A DNA stretch of 64,000 bases. Source: Alistipes sp. GTDB lineage: Bacteria; Bacteroidota; Bacteroidia; Bacteroidales; Rikenellaceae. Both the position numbers and the translations under genes were made by a program. The stretch is from assembly GCA_017546345.1 (NCBI GenBank), contig JAFYXB010000016.1, positions 5,052 to 69,051 on the forward strand. Direction: 5' to 3'. Positions 20,338 through 30,165 of this stretch are shown in pieces. Position 1 is the stretch's first letter; each line of letters starts with the position of its first letter. The notes beneath the pieces were generated by a model. The model saw only the letters and a list, made by a program, of their open reading frames with translations, did not search any database and had not been told where the DNA came from.

Positions 20338-23094
20338 ATGGAATACGATTTCAGAGCCATAGAGTCGAAATGGCAAAAGAGATGGCAGGAGGAGGGCACC
20401 TACAAAGTAGATGTTGATGCCTCACGCCCTAAGTTCTATGTATTGGATATGTTCCCCTACCCATCAGGAGCAGGTCTTCATGTGGGTCACCCACTCGGAT
20501 ATATCGCATCGGATATCTACTCACGCTATAAGCGTCAGTCGGGTTTCAATGTTTTGCATCCTATGGGTTACGATGCCTTCGGTCTTCCCGCCGAGCAGTA
20601 TGCTATCCAGACAGGTCAGCACCCCGCGGTAACTACCGAGGAGAATATCGCACGCTACCGCTCACAGCTCGATAAGATTGGTTTCTCGTTTGACTGGTCA
20701 CGCGAGGTACGCACCTGCGAGCCCGAGTATTACCATTGGACACAGTGGGCATTCCTCAAGATGTTCGATCATTGGTACAATAATATCACGTGCAAAGCAG
20801 AGCCTATCAGTTCTCTTGTTAGCCACTTCGAGGAGCGCGGTACAACAGGTTTGGATGCAGCACAGACCACAAATCTCACATTTACGGCTGAGGAGTGGAA
20901 GGCTATGTCGGAGGCAGAGAAGGAGCAGACGCTTCAGAACTACCGTCTTGCATTCCGTGCCGACACTATGGTGAACTGGTGCCCCGCACTCGGTACGGTA
21001 TTAGCTAACGACGAGGTTAAGGAGGGTCTATCGGTTCGTGGTGGCCACCCCGTAGAGCAGAAACGCATGAAGCAGTGGTTGTTGCGTGTTACGGCCTATG
21101 CTCAGCGTATGTTGGACGGCCTCGAGAAGTTGGAGTGGAGCGAGTCGCTCAAGGAGATTCAGCGTAACTGGATCGGTCGCTCGGTAGGTGCTCAGGTATT
21201 CTTCGACGTAGCTGGCATGGAGCGTAAGTTGGAGATCTTCACCACACGTCCCGACACTATTTATGGCGTTACGTTTATGGTTATCGCACCCGAGCACGAG
21301 TGGGTGGCAGAGCTTACTACTGACGAAAACCGCGAGGCTGTCGAGGCATATATCGCCGAGACGAAGCGCCGCTCGGAGCGTGAGCGTATCGCCGACACTA
21401 AGCGTGTGAGTGGCGTGAAGACCGGCTCGTATGCTATCAACCCATTTACAGGCAAGCAGATACCTATCTACATCTCGGACTATGTACTCTCGGGCTACGG
21501 TACAGGTGCTATCATGGCAGTACCTGCGCACGACTCGCGAGATTATGCCTTCGCACGCCACTTCGGCTTGGATATCATCCCCGTTGTTGAGGGTGGTGAC
21601 ATCGAGAAGGAGTCGTACGACGCTAAGGAGGGTAAGCTCATCAACTCGGAGCTTATCAACGGCATGGATGTTAAGGAGGCTATCGACTTTATGTTTGCCG
21701 AGGTTGAGAAGCGCGGTCTTGGTAAGAGATTGGTAAACTACCGCTTGCGTGATGCTATCTTCTCTCGCCAGAGATATTGGGGCGAGCCATTCCCTATCTA
21801 TTATAAGGATGATGTAGCATACCGTCTTAGCGACGATGAGCTACCTTTGACACTCCCTGCAATCCAGAACTTCGGCCCTACAGCCGAGGGTGAGCCTCCT
21901 TTGGCACGTGTTGCCGAGTGGCACACAGCAGAGAGCTATCCCTATGAGCTCTCTACAATGCCAGGCTTCGCAGGCTCATCGGCATACTTCCTCCGCTATA
22001 TGGATCCCCGCAACAACAAGGAGCTTGTGGGTCGCGAGGCTAACGAGTACTGGCGTAATGTCGATTTGTATGTGGGCGGTATCGAGCACGCCACAGGTCA
22101 CCTTATGTACTCTCGTTTCTGGAATATGTTCCTCTACGACTTGGGCTATGTATGCGAGTCGGAGCCATTCAAGAAGCTCGTAAACCAGGGTATGATCCAG
22201 GGTCGCTCGAACTTTGTATATCGCGTTGTTGGCACAAATAAGTTCGTATCACTTGGTCTTAAGGGTGAGTACGAAACACAGGAGATCCACGTCGATGTGA
22301 ACATCGTGAAGAACGATATTCTCGACCTTGAGGCATTCCGCGCATGGCGTCCCGAGTTCGTAGATGCAGAGTTCATCCTCGAGGATGGCAAGTATATCTG
22401 CGGTTGGGCTATCGAGAAGATGTCGAAGTCGATGTTCAATGTCGTAAATCCCGACTATATCGTAGATACCTATGGTGCCGATACATTGCGTATGTACGAG
22501 ATGTTCCTCGGTCCATTGGAGCAGTCGAAGCCTTGGGATACCAACGGTATCGACGGTGTACATAAGTTCTTGCGCCGCTTGTGGGCTAAGTTCTACTCAC
22601 GCGATGGCCAGCTTCTTCTCAACGACGAAAAGGCTACACCTGCCGAGCTTAAGACACTTCATAAGACTATCAAGAAGGTTAGCGAGGATATCGAGAACTT
22701 CTCGTTCAACACTTCGGTTGCAGCCTTTATGATCTGCCTCAACGAGCTTGGCGACTGCTCTAAGCGCGAGATTTTGGAGCCTTTGACAGCTCTTATCGCA
22801 CCTTTCGCACCTCATATCGCCGAGGAGATGTGGCACACGTTGGGCCACGAGACATCGGTATGCGATGCAGCGTTCCCTAAGTTCGTAGCAGAGTATTTGG
22901 TAGAGAACTCGTTTGAGTACCCCGTGATGATCAATGGCAAGCTCCGCTTCAAGCAGGAGTACGCTCTCGATATGACACAGGAGGCTATTGTGGCGGATAT
23001 CGTCACAACCGAGGGCGCTCAGAAGTGGCTCGAGGGCAAGCAGCCTAAGAAGATTATCGTGGTGAAGGGCAAGATCATCAATATCGTGATGTAA
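20338..23094 (+). CDS. leuS: Leucine--tRNA ligase
   Basis: [26 protein letters not shown] and KMSKS motifs; probable start MEYDF at 20338. Confidence 0.98.
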   Translation: MEYDFRAIESKWQKRWQEEGTYKVDVDASRPKFYVLDMFPYPSGAGLHVGHPLGYIASDIYSRYKRQSGFNVLHPMGYDAFGLPAEQYAIQTGQHPAVTTEENIARYRSQLDKIGFSFDWSREVRTCEPEYYHWTQWAFLKMFDHWYNNITCKAEPISSLVSHFEERGTTGLDAAQTTNLTFTAEEWKAMSEAEKEQTLQNYRLAFRADTMVNWCPALGTVLANDEVKEGLSVRGGHPVEQKRMKQWLLRVTAYAQRMLDGLEKLEWSESLKEIQRNWIGRSVGAQVFFDVAGMERKLEIFTTRPDTIYGVTFMVIAPEHEWVAELTTDENREAVEAYIAETKRRSERERIADTKRVSGVKTGSYAINPFTGKQIPIYISDYVLSGYGTGAIMAVPAHDSRDYAFARHFGLDIIPVVEGGDIEKESYDAKEGKLINSELINGMDVKEAIDFMFAEVEKRGLGKRLVNYRLRDAIFSRQRYWGEPFPIYYKDDVAYRLSDDELPLTLPAIQNFGPTAEGEPPLARVAEWHTAESYPYELSTMPGFAGSSAYFLRYMDPRNNKELVGREANEYWRNVDLYVGGIEHATGHLMYSRFWNMFLYDLGYVCESEPFKKLVNQGMIQGRSNFVYRVVGTNKFVSLGLKGEYETQEIHVDVNIVKNDILDLEAFRAWRPEFVDAEFILEDGKYICGWAIEKMSKSMFNVVNPDYIVDTYGADTLRMYEMFLGPLEQSKPWDTNGIDGVHKFLRRLWAKFYSRDGQLLLNDEKATPAELKTLHKTIKKVSEDIENFSFNTSVAAFMICLNELGDCSKREILEPLTALIAPFAPHIAEEMWHTLGHETSVCDAAFPKFVAEYLVENSFEYPVMINGKLRFKQEYALDMTQEAIVADIVTTEGAQKWLEGKQPKKIIVVKGKIINIVM

Positions 23095-23690
23095 TGACCC
23101 GAGAGTTTATTTCGATGTCGGTATTTGCCGGTCTACTGATCGGCATTGCCGGACTCGTTTTCCTACATGTCGGAGGCCTTGGCGGAGCAGTACTCTTCGC
23201 CTTTGGCCTTATGTCGGTGAGCATAAGCAAGTCGCTGCTCTTCACGGGCAAGGCGGGCTATCTCCCATATAAGGAGTCGCTGCAGCTACTTCCGATGGTT
23301 GTGCTAAATGCCGTAGGATGTCTTCTTATGGCTGGCATAGCATACTCGACCATCAAGGATAGTGCTAATGCTTTGGCTACGCTCGATACGATCATGGCGG
23401 CACGCGAGGCGGCATCGTGGAATATTGTTATTACATCTGTTGGCACGGGCATTATCGTAACCCTTGCATTGTATGGCGTGCGTAATGGCACCTACCTGCC
23501 ACTGCTCTATGGCGTTCCGGTATTTATTATGTGTGGACTTCCACACAGCATTGCCGACGCCTTCTACTACTGGGTAGCAATTCTGCACGGCGACTTTGCA
23601 CCGTGGATGATAGCGGCTTGGTTGTACTCTGTCGTTGGCAACTATATCGGCTGCAACCTTCCCCGCTGGTTTATGGGTAAGGAGTTTTAA
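23094..23690 (+). CDS. Short formate/nitrite transporter-family channel
   Basis: AGLLIG, LFTGK, VFIMCGLPHSIAD and VGNYIG motifs; TAATG overlap with leuS. Confidence 0.8.
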   Translation: MTREFISMSVFAGLLIGIAGLVFLHVGGLGGAVLFAFGLMSVSISKSLLFTGKAGYLPYKESLQLLPMVVLNAVGCLLMAGIAYSTIKDSANALATLDTIMAAREAASWNIVITSVGTGIIVTLALYGVRNGTYLPLLYGVPVFIMCGLPHSIADAFYYWVAILHGDFAPWMIAAWLYSVVGNYIGCNLPRWFMGKEF

Positions 23691-23763
23691 TATTTGTGGG
23701 TTATGCTATCGAGCGTAACGTCATAGCTGACATCAATTCGCAATACAAATAGTGCGTGAAGCA

Positions 23764-23799
23764 AGAAGGCTGTTCGACATGATCGAACAGCCTTCTTTT
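23764..23799 (+). terminator. Intrinsic terminator
   Basis: AGAAGGCTGTTCGA/TCGAACAGCCTTCT perfect stem followed by Ts. Confidence 0.8.
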
Positions 23800-23810
23800 A
23801 TAAAGTTGGA

Positions 23811-23912
23811 TAATAAGAGCTGATTTTAGGCTTGCGATGGTAGCGAAACCGCAGTTTACCTGACGTAAATGAGGATTTCGCTATCGAGCATAACGACAAA
23901 GCAGCCTTATTA
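23811..23912 (+). repeat. Palindromic (RPE/REP-like) element
   Basis: Outer TAATAAG(A)GCTG/CAGCCTTATTA, inner TAGCGAAA/TTTCGCTA, core CCGCAG-TTTAC-loop-GTAAA-TGAGGA. Confidence 0.75.
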
Positions 23913-23926
23913 GGCAACTGTAATCA

Positions 23927-24307
23927 TTAGCCGATAAGAGCCTCGTAAGCCGCTGCATCAAGCAAACCCTCAACCTCAGCAGGGTTAGACATCTTGATCT
24001 TAATCAACCAACCCTCACCGTATGGATCCTTGTTTACAAGTGAAGAGTCAGCCTCAACAGCCTCGTTGAACTCCAATACCTCGCCACCAACGGGTGAGAA
24101 AGCGTCAGATACGGTCTTAACAGCCTCGATAGAGCCGAATACCTCGTTAGCCTCGATAGTCTCACCTACAGTAGGAACGTCTACGAAAACGATATCACCA
24201 AGCTGTGACTGAGCGTAGTCTGTAATACCGATAACAGCAACATCGCCCTCTACACGACACCACTCGTGGTCGTTAGAATACTTCAAATTTGCAGGTACAT
24301 TAGCCAT
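23927..24307 (-). CDS. gcvH: Glycine cleavage system H protein
   Basis: HEW, GITDYAQSQLGD, EAVKTVSD (lipoyl Lys) and DPYGEGW motifs. Confidence 0.97.
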   Translation of the reverse strand: MANVPANLKYSNDHEWCRVEGDVAVIGITDYAQSQLGDIVFVDVPTVGETIEANEVFGSIEAVKTVSDAFSPVGGEVLEFNEAVEADSSLVNKDPYGEGWLIKIKMSNPAEVEGLLDAAAYEALIG

Positions 24308-24392
24308 AATAAACGAATTATTAAGTAGTTATAGTTTGATAATGTTTTATTGTCTTGCGTTTTGCTTGGCGTTATTCACACCTCCGCAACTA

Positions 24393-24400
24393 CAAATATA
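24393..24400 (-). promoter_or_regulatory. -7 promoter element (TATATTTG) for gcvH
   Basis: TAnnTTTG match upstream of gcvH. Confidence 0.6.
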
Positions 24401-24546
24401 CGTCTATTTTCGGATTATCAAAAATAAAAATCCACTTTTTTACACACAATTTTCTCTCCAAGCGTGACTTTTTCACACCGACAGCACAGAATATAGCAGC
24501 TACGCATAAAAATTATGCACGATTAGCGACCTATAGATTTCCTATG

Positions 24547-25428
24547 CTATTCGATGTTAAACTCGGCCATCGGCAGAATATGATTTCGCTGGATGACGAC
24601 CCTTTTATTTGTCGTTTTCTCTACCATACGACCATCAGTACACTTTATATTAATAGTAAGGCCCTGCTCGAACGACCTCGGTGGCAGAGCGATATAGAAT
24701 GTTGTAGCCTCGGCCGAAAGCTCCACACCACCACACTCCAACGTTATCTCCTCGACAATATCTCCTGGGAAGATCAACGTGCCTCCAACGCCTCCATCCT
24801 CAATTTCCGTTGCAGGCATTGTCACAAGACGCGAGGTGGCATCGGCCGTATTGATAAATGTGCGACCCGCAACCTGCTCTGCACAATTACCCCTCAAAGA
24901 GATACTCTCCACCCTATGACCACTACCCGAAATATGTAGGCGTAGCCAACCGCAGAGGTTACGAAGCATTAGCTCCGACGTTTCGCCTCTTGCAACCATT
25001 ATAGATGAGCCTATGCCAAAGCTATCCTCGGCATACTGCTGCACAGCGGGGAGCATAGCACCTACATTACAACTGTTCGAATTGATATCGTAGTTCGTAT
25101 CATAGGGATATAATGCCACGATAGAGGTTATGTCTCTTCGAGCCTCGGGGTTATCCACGCAGGTAAACGACCCTGTGCGCTCTCCCGTAGCACCATCGAA
25201 TCTCCACTTTTGGTTGGCGTCGCTAAAGCAATATACCGACACGTGGTCACCCTCGCTCCATACGGTCTTACCTGCCAACAACTCCATACGCGTAGCATCG
25301 CTCGCCTCGAGCGACAAGTGAAGCTCGTCGGGACGAGTGGTCGAGTTCTGCCAAGAGCCACCATCCATATCTGCCGCTGAGCAAGAGAGTAGCATCAGCG
25401 CAAAAAGTAGAGATATTGCGTGTTTCAT
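24547..25428 (-). CDS. Fimbrillin/type V pilin-like lipoprotein (pilin domain only)
   Basis: Lipobox LLSC, DATR site, TVWxxGD, YPY, LRNLCGWLRL, FYIALPP and RNHILPM; paralogous to three other genes in the window. Confidence 0.78.
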   Translation of the reverse strand: MKHAISLLFALMLLSCSAADMDGGSWQNSTTRPDELHLSLEASDATRMELLAGKTVWSEGDHVSVYCFSDANQKWRFDGATGERTGSFTCVDNPEARRDITSIVALYPYDTNYDINSNSCNVGAMLPAVQQYAEDSFGIGSSIMVARGETSELMLRNLCGWLRLHISGSGHRVESISLRGNCAEQVAGRTFINTADATSRLVTMPATEIEDGGVGGTLIFPGDIVEEITLECGGVELSAEATTFYIALPPRSFEQGLTINIKCTDGRMVEKTTNKRVVIQRNHILPMAEFNIE

Positions 25429-25456
25429 AGTGATACTAAGGGTTTAGTTAAGTGCT

Positions 25457-25513
25457 GTGGCCACATCCTGCATCCAGAGTCTCTAAAGAGAACCGAATAC
25501 AGAGTGTGGCCAC
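25457..25513 (-). promoter_or_regulatory. Long intergenic RNA hairpin between two pilin-like genes
   Basis: TGTGGCCACA ends plus TCTGTATTCGG/CTGGATGCAGG, which pairs with G-U wobbles only on the minus (sense) strand; no U tract. Confidence 0.6.
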
Positions 25514-25528
25514 ACGATATGAAGGCAA

Positions 25529-26902
25529 TTACATTATTTCGCTACCAGCGATAAAGTCGTACGCCTTGATCTTATCAGCAAACGTGCTCCAACCAGCAGC
25601 CTTCTTATAAGCATCGACAGAGGCGGCAGGAACATAGATATTATTCAAATTCGTCGAGTTGCTAAATACACCCTCACCAAGCGCTGGAGGTGTTGTTGCG
25701 CGACAATATAGGAATGAAAACCACGAACAGTTGCTAAACGCATTAGCCTCGATGCTCTTTACACCACGACCGAGGTGAGCTGTATAGAATTCAGCACAAT
25801 CCGAGAAGGCCGAAGCACCGATAGTTGTCACGCTGTGAGGAAGATAGATAGTATCCAAATCGTCATCGCCCTTGAATGCCTGAGCTGCAACGGCAGTAAC
25901 ACTCGCGTTGAATGTAAAGCGTCTAACATCGCGGCATAAGCCATCTACACACCACTGATACTCCTCATTAGCAACAATACTCTGATCGAATGGCTTACCA
26001 CTAACTGCGAGGGGATTATAGCTATAGGTTCCATACCACACCTGCTTAGAATCAGGATAGAACAGCTCGCCATCGAATGCCTCCATAGGGGTAATGTGAT
26101 TGCGAGAGATAGTCACGCTCTGCTCCGATTTCTTCGTGAAGCTTAGCTCACCATCGCAGACAACCTCAACCTCAAAGCCATTGCTAAAGGTCTGTGGAGG
26201 AAGCGAAATATAGAACGACGTAGCCGCAGCACCGAGCTTCACGCCCGATGTGCCGCAGTTGAGCGTAACCTCGCTGAGTGCATTTGCCGCATCACTTGTG
26301 AAGGTAGCTGTAGCATCAGCTCTCTTTACGATAATCTCGCCTGCTACCTGCTCGCTATTGTTGCCTCGGAACTTAATGCTGCGCACAACCTCGCCATAGC
26401 CACAAAGGTCGAGGCGCAACCAACCACATACGCTCTTAAGCGTAGTTGTCGTGCCCTCGACGATACCAACCATAATGTTGCTACCCACGCCGTAGCTATT
26501 CTCCAAGTAGTTCTGCTCGGCAGGAAGCGAAGCCTCAAACGTAGCATTGTCCGCATCAAAGGCGTAGTTTGCATAGGGATATATCGTAGTCATCTTAGGC
26601 TCATCCGCTGCGACGCTATTTGCCGCCACGGGCTTGAGAACTCCCGTGCGAGCACCCGTCTCACCCTCATACTTCCACTCCTCGACATTACCTGAAGCAT
26701 ATACTACTGCAACTCTATCGCCAGCAGTCCACACCGTCTGACACTCATCGTTGAGCTGCATACGGCTATTGTCACCCTCCAAGGTAGCGACAAGCTGGCA
26801 ATCTGTGTTAGTCGCCTCAACGCCCTGCAATACGACATCCTCCTGCGAGCATGCCACAGCGAGAAGCGCTGCGCAGAGCATAAACAATTTGGTCTTTCTC
26901 AT
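25529..26902 (-). CDS. Fimbrillin-like lipoprotein with C-terminal BspA-type leucine-rich repeats
   Basis: Probable start MRKTKLF at 26902; lipobox AVAC; DNSR; LKSVCGWLRL; LPHSVTTIGASAFSDC repeats; IYVPAASVDAYK cap. Confidence 0.82.
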   Translation of the reverse strand: MRKTKLFMLCAALLAVACSQEDVVLQGVEATNTDCQLVATLEGDNSRMQLNDECQTVWTAGDRVAVVYASGNVEEWKYEGETGARTGVLKPVAANSVAADEPKMTTIYPYANYAFDADNATFEASLPAEQNYLENSYGVGSNIMVGIVEGTTTTLKSVCGWLRLDLCGYGEVVRSIKFRGNNSEQVAGEIIVKRADATATFTSDAANALSEVTLNCGTSGVKLGAAATSFYISLPPQTFSNGFEVEVVCDGELSFTKKSEQSVTISRNHITPMEAFDGELFYPDSKQVWYGTYSYNPLAVSGKPFDQSIVANEEYQWCVDGLCRDVRRFTFNASVTAVAAQAFKGDDDLDTIYLPHSVTTIGASAFSDCAEFYTAHLGRGVKSIEANAFSNCSWFSFLYCRATTPPALGEGVFSNSTNLNNIYVPAASVDAYKKAAGWSTFADKIKAYDFIAGSEIM

Positions 26903-26931
26903 AAAACCTATTTTATTATCTAAAATTCGAC

Positions 26932-26969
26932 AAAAAAGGAGAGTGCCACTCTCAAGGCGGACACTCTCC
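26932..26969 (-). terminator. Intrinsic terminator after the transporter gene
   Basis: GGAGAGTG...CACTCTCC stem followed by TTTTTT on the minus strand. Confidence 0.7.
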
Positions 26970-26984
26970 ATTATCAATTAAACG

Positions 26985-28622
26985 TTACTCCTCCTCAGAA
27001 GCTGGCTCCTCAACAACAACCTCCTCAACGGCGAGAGGCTCTACATCCTCACGCTCAAAGCGGAAAGGAATAATCTCGTCGAGCTCGGCCAACTCCTCAG
27101 CGGTAAGCTCGCTAACGGGGCGCTTGAAGTACTTCATAGCAACCTCATCCTTATACCAGCTGAAGCCAACACGCACCTCGCGGTGGAGACTCTCGTACAT
27201 ATCCTCAGGAAGATCCTTATCGAAGATGAACTCAGCAACATTGAGCTTTGTACCCTCCTCGTTATCAGCGCTGATAACCTCAGAGTTAGCCTTGAGGTAG
27301 TCGAAGATGTAGTTAGCCAACGAACGATCGTCAGATGACTTATCGTTAGGATTATCAACGAATACACGGTCACCCACGCGAATCTCGTTCTCGCCAACCA
27401 TCTCGAAAGCGATAACATCCTTCTTATGTGTAGGCTCGTAGCGGTCAGCACCACCCTCGAATGTTGAAGGAGTACCAAATACCAATGCGTAGAGTACGAA
27501 CATCCAGTGTGCCGAGATAGCTGCAACAAGACCACCTACCGTGTGAGCGAGGATAGCCTTAGATGTGAGCTTACGGTAACCGAGAGCATCGAGCATAGCT
27601 GTATGTGTTGAGAGGTAACCGCTCCAGCACATACCGATAGCTGTAAACACGGCGATAGCATTGCCATCAACCCAACCCTCCTGAATGAAGCCAGGGATAA
27701 GACCCAAAGCTGCACCAACAGCACCAAGAGCTGTAATAGGGAAGGCCATAAGCGCTGGGTGCTCGAAACCGAACAACCACTCGAAGACGATGTTGATCTG
27801 GCCGAAGAACCAAGGCAAGAAGCCTACACCCTCGTATGCAGCACCATCGTATACACCGTTGTCACCTGTTGTGAAGGTGAGGATCATAACCAACGTTGAG
27901 ATAATCAATACGCCAGGGATGATCGAAAGACCTACATCAACACCTGTCTTACCACCGTCGAGCAACGAGTTGAGAATACGAGTAAACATCGAAGTCTCCT
28001 TAACCGACTCCTGCTCCTGCATATCGTTCTCATCGAGCACCGCAGCAAACTCCTCCTTGAACTCGGGGTACTGCTTAACGATGAAACGCTGCATAAGGCG
28101 CGTAGAGGTGATACAGCCGATAACCGCACCAGCCAAACCGATGAAAGGCTCTACGAAGAAGCCCTGCGACACCATAAACACGATAACGAGCAAACCCATA
28201 CCGAATGCTGTACCGAAGTTGGTGAGCGAGATGAACTGATACTTGCGGAAGTAGGTGCTGAAACGCTTATCCTTTGCAAGTGAGATAATTGCGGGGTTAT
28301 CAGACAAGAATGTCATAACCGCGCCAAGTGAAGCCACACCAGGAAGGTTGAACAAAGGCTTCATCAAGGGGCGCAAGATACGCTCCAAAAGGCCTACAAC
28401 GCCGAACTCAACGAAGATACGACCCAACGCACCTGTGATAACACAGATAGCCATAAGGTAGAATACGGTGTTGAGCAACAAGTCGTGCGCCGTCTTCATA
28501 ATTGTGTTAAGCATATTTGGCAAGCCCATAACTGAGCCGATACCGCCAAAGATGCCGATAACGATAACGAGGCAGATAATACCGCCGAGGTACTTCTTAA
28601 TACCTTTTGACTGATTCTCCAT
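26985..28622 (-). CDS. Nucleoside-recognition/GATE-type (CD0519/CD1768-like) membrane protein with a soluble ExbD-like C-terminal extension
   Basis: Multi-TM region with LMKPLFNLPG, LSDNPAII, TNFGTAFGMG and WSGYLSTH; about 160 aa hydrophilic tail. Confidence 0.7.
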   Translation of the reverse strand: MENQSKGIKKYLGGIICLVIVIGIFGGIGSVMGLPNMLNTIMKTAHDLLLNTVFYLMAICVITGALGRIFVEFGVVGLLERILRPLMKPLFNLPGVASLGAVMTFLSDNPAIISLAKDKRFSTYFRKYQFISLTNFGTAFGMGLLVIVFMVSQGFFVEPFIGLAGAVIGCITSTRLMQRFIVKQYPEFKEEFAAVLDENDMQEQESVKETSMFTRILNSLLDGGKTGVDVGLSIIPGVLIISTLVMILTFTTGDNGVYDGAAYEGVGFLPWFFGQINIVFEWLFGFEHPALMAFPITALGAVGAALGLIPGFIQEGWVDGNAIAVFTAIGMCWSGYLSTHTAMLDALGYRKLTSKAILAHTVGGLVAAISAHWMFVLYALVFGTPSTFEGGADRYEPTHKKDVIAFEMVGENEIRVGDRVFVDNPNDKSSDDRSLANYIFDYLKANSEVISADNEEGTKLNVAEFIFDKDLPEDMYESLHREVRVGFSWYKDEVAMKYFKRPVSELTAEELAELDEIIPFRFEREDVEPLAVEEVVVEEPASEEE

Positions 28623-28650
28623 ATCTTTAATTTAGGTTTTGTTTTTCGGA

Positions 28651-29760
28651 CTACTGCTTCTTAGTCTTGTTGATGATGTTGCGTGCAGCCTTCATAATGT
28701 CGATACGCCATGTAAGACCTGCCGAGAAGAACGAGCCCTTGTTAAGAGCTGTACCTGCAGGGTTGGTGTTGTCGCCAAAGTTGTAGACATAAGCGGCATG
28801 GAGACGCACATCGCGGTTACCCTTGTGACCTAATGGGTAGTACTCCACACCACCACCTACGCGAGAGATCTTTGTGTTAGGATATACGAAGAGGCCTGGA
28901 GCATACTCCTCACCAGCCGTATCGTAGGTGTACTTCGCAAAGACATTAACGCGGTCAGCAATAAGGTATGCAACCTCACCCATAATCGAGAAGTTGTTGA
29001 ACATAAACTCGTCGAAGGTTGTGCCGCGATCCATCAAGTCGAGCTGGATGGTTGCATCGCCAAACTTAAACTGGTTACCGAGAACGAAGTATAGGTCGTA
29101 CTTACCTGGAGCATACTGCAACAAGTTCAACGAGTGCAATGCTGTATACCAGCCGTGCGAACCTGACCAATAGAGGTTATAGGCATAGTAATCTGTCTCA
29201 CGTGTGTCGTATGGGCTCTGGCATACCTGGAAGGTAAGCGTATCGTCACCCTCGGTGGTTGTATAAGCCACGCTTGCACCGAGCTGGAAGCAGTTTACGT
29301 TGTTCCAAAACTCCGAGCAGAAGTAGATGTCGATAGGTGCACGATCATACTCCCAACCACCAATCATCACAACCTGCTTACCTGCCGAGATTGCGAGGTT
29401 CTTGATAGGCTTGTAGGTGAGGTGGAACCAATCCATATTGTTCACGAAATCGCTTGCCGAGTTCACCTTGCTGAAACGCTGACGCCACGAGTAGGTGAAA
29501 TTGGGAAGGATCTGGCCATCCATACGCAAATTGACGTAGCGAACCTTGAAACCAGAAGCTGCATCAATCTGCTTGCCTGCAAGAGCCTCGTTGATGTAGT
29601 CAAAGCGAGCCTCAACGCCCAAACGGAAGATGTCATTAACATCTTCTGTGCCCTGCTGTGCCGATGCTGTTGTCGTCGAAAAGAGCACTACGAATAGCGC
29701 CAACGCGTTCATTAGCAACACCTTGCCGAAGTTGCTAAAAAGATTACGGTTTGTCTTCAT
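28651..29760 (-). CDS. Outer-membrane beta-barrel porin (OprO/P-like)
   Basis: Signal peptide ending ASA-QQ; amphipathic strands; AGKQxxxxGGWEYD; terminal AGLTWRID; probable start 29760. Confidence 0.75.
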   Translation of the reverse strand: MKTNRNLFSNFGKVLLMNALALFVVLFSTTTASAQQGTEDVNDIFRLGVEARFDYINEALAGKQIDAASGFKVRYVNLRMDGQILPNFTYSWRQRFSKVNSASDFVNNMDWFHLTYKPIKNLAISAGKQVVMIGGWEYDRAPIDIYFCSEFWNNVNCFQLGASVAYTTTEGDDTLTFQVCQSPYDTRETDYYAYNLYWSGSHGWYTALHSLNLLQYAPGKYDLYFVLGNQFKFGDATIQLDLMDRGTTFDEFMFNNFSIMGEVAYLIADRVNVFAKYTYDTAGEEYAPGLFVYPNTKISRVGGGVEYYPLGHKGNRDVRLHAAYVYNFGDNTNPAGTALNKGSFFSAGLTWRIDIMKAARNIINKTKKQ

Positions 29761-29796
29761 TTTATTAAGTTTTAGTATCATCCCTAAATAATCAGA

Positions 29797-29804
29797 CAAA
29801 TATA
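29797..29804 (-). promoter_or_regulatory. -7 promoter element (TATATTTG) for the porin-transporter operon
   Basis: TAnnTTTG about 37 bp upstream of the ATG at 29760. Confidence 0.65.
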
Positions 29805-29933
29805 CGAAAACAATTCTAAATGCAAAGCACGTGAGGCTTAAAAAGTTATAAAAAGAGATTTTTCGAATGGTCCATAACCTCCACATCGCAAATAAAAAAG
29901 TAGCTACACTATTGCGCATTGCAAAATTTATAT

Positions 29934-29941
29934 TATCTTTG
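29934..29941 (+). promoter_or_regulatory. -7 promoter element (TATCTTTG) for the tRNA
   Basis: Perfect TAnnTTTG 23 bp before the tRNA. Confidence 0.75.
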
Positions 29942-29964
29942 CACCCACAAAACGTGAAAACGTT

Positions 29965-30038
<74 letters not shown>

Positions 30039-30042
30039 CAAC

Positions 30043-30072
30043 AAGGCGGTTGCAGATTTGCAGCCGCCTTTT
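30043..30072 (+). terminator. tRNA terminator
   Basis: AAGGCGGTTGCA/TGCAGCCGCCTT stem followed by Ts. Confidence 0.8.
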
Positions 30073-30165
30073 CTTATCTATCAGCCACCTTTGCAACAAA
30101 AATTTAGTAAAATAATAAATGTATTCGAAAATTTTTGTTACCTTTACCACAAATTTGAAACAACG

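Noticed and set aside
26985-27045. Transporter C-terminus PLAVEEVVVEEP resembling the micro-peptide core just upstream of a pilin gene
   Set aside because: Low-complexity E/V tail lacking YxxP, AGF and SNLEDP; probably chance
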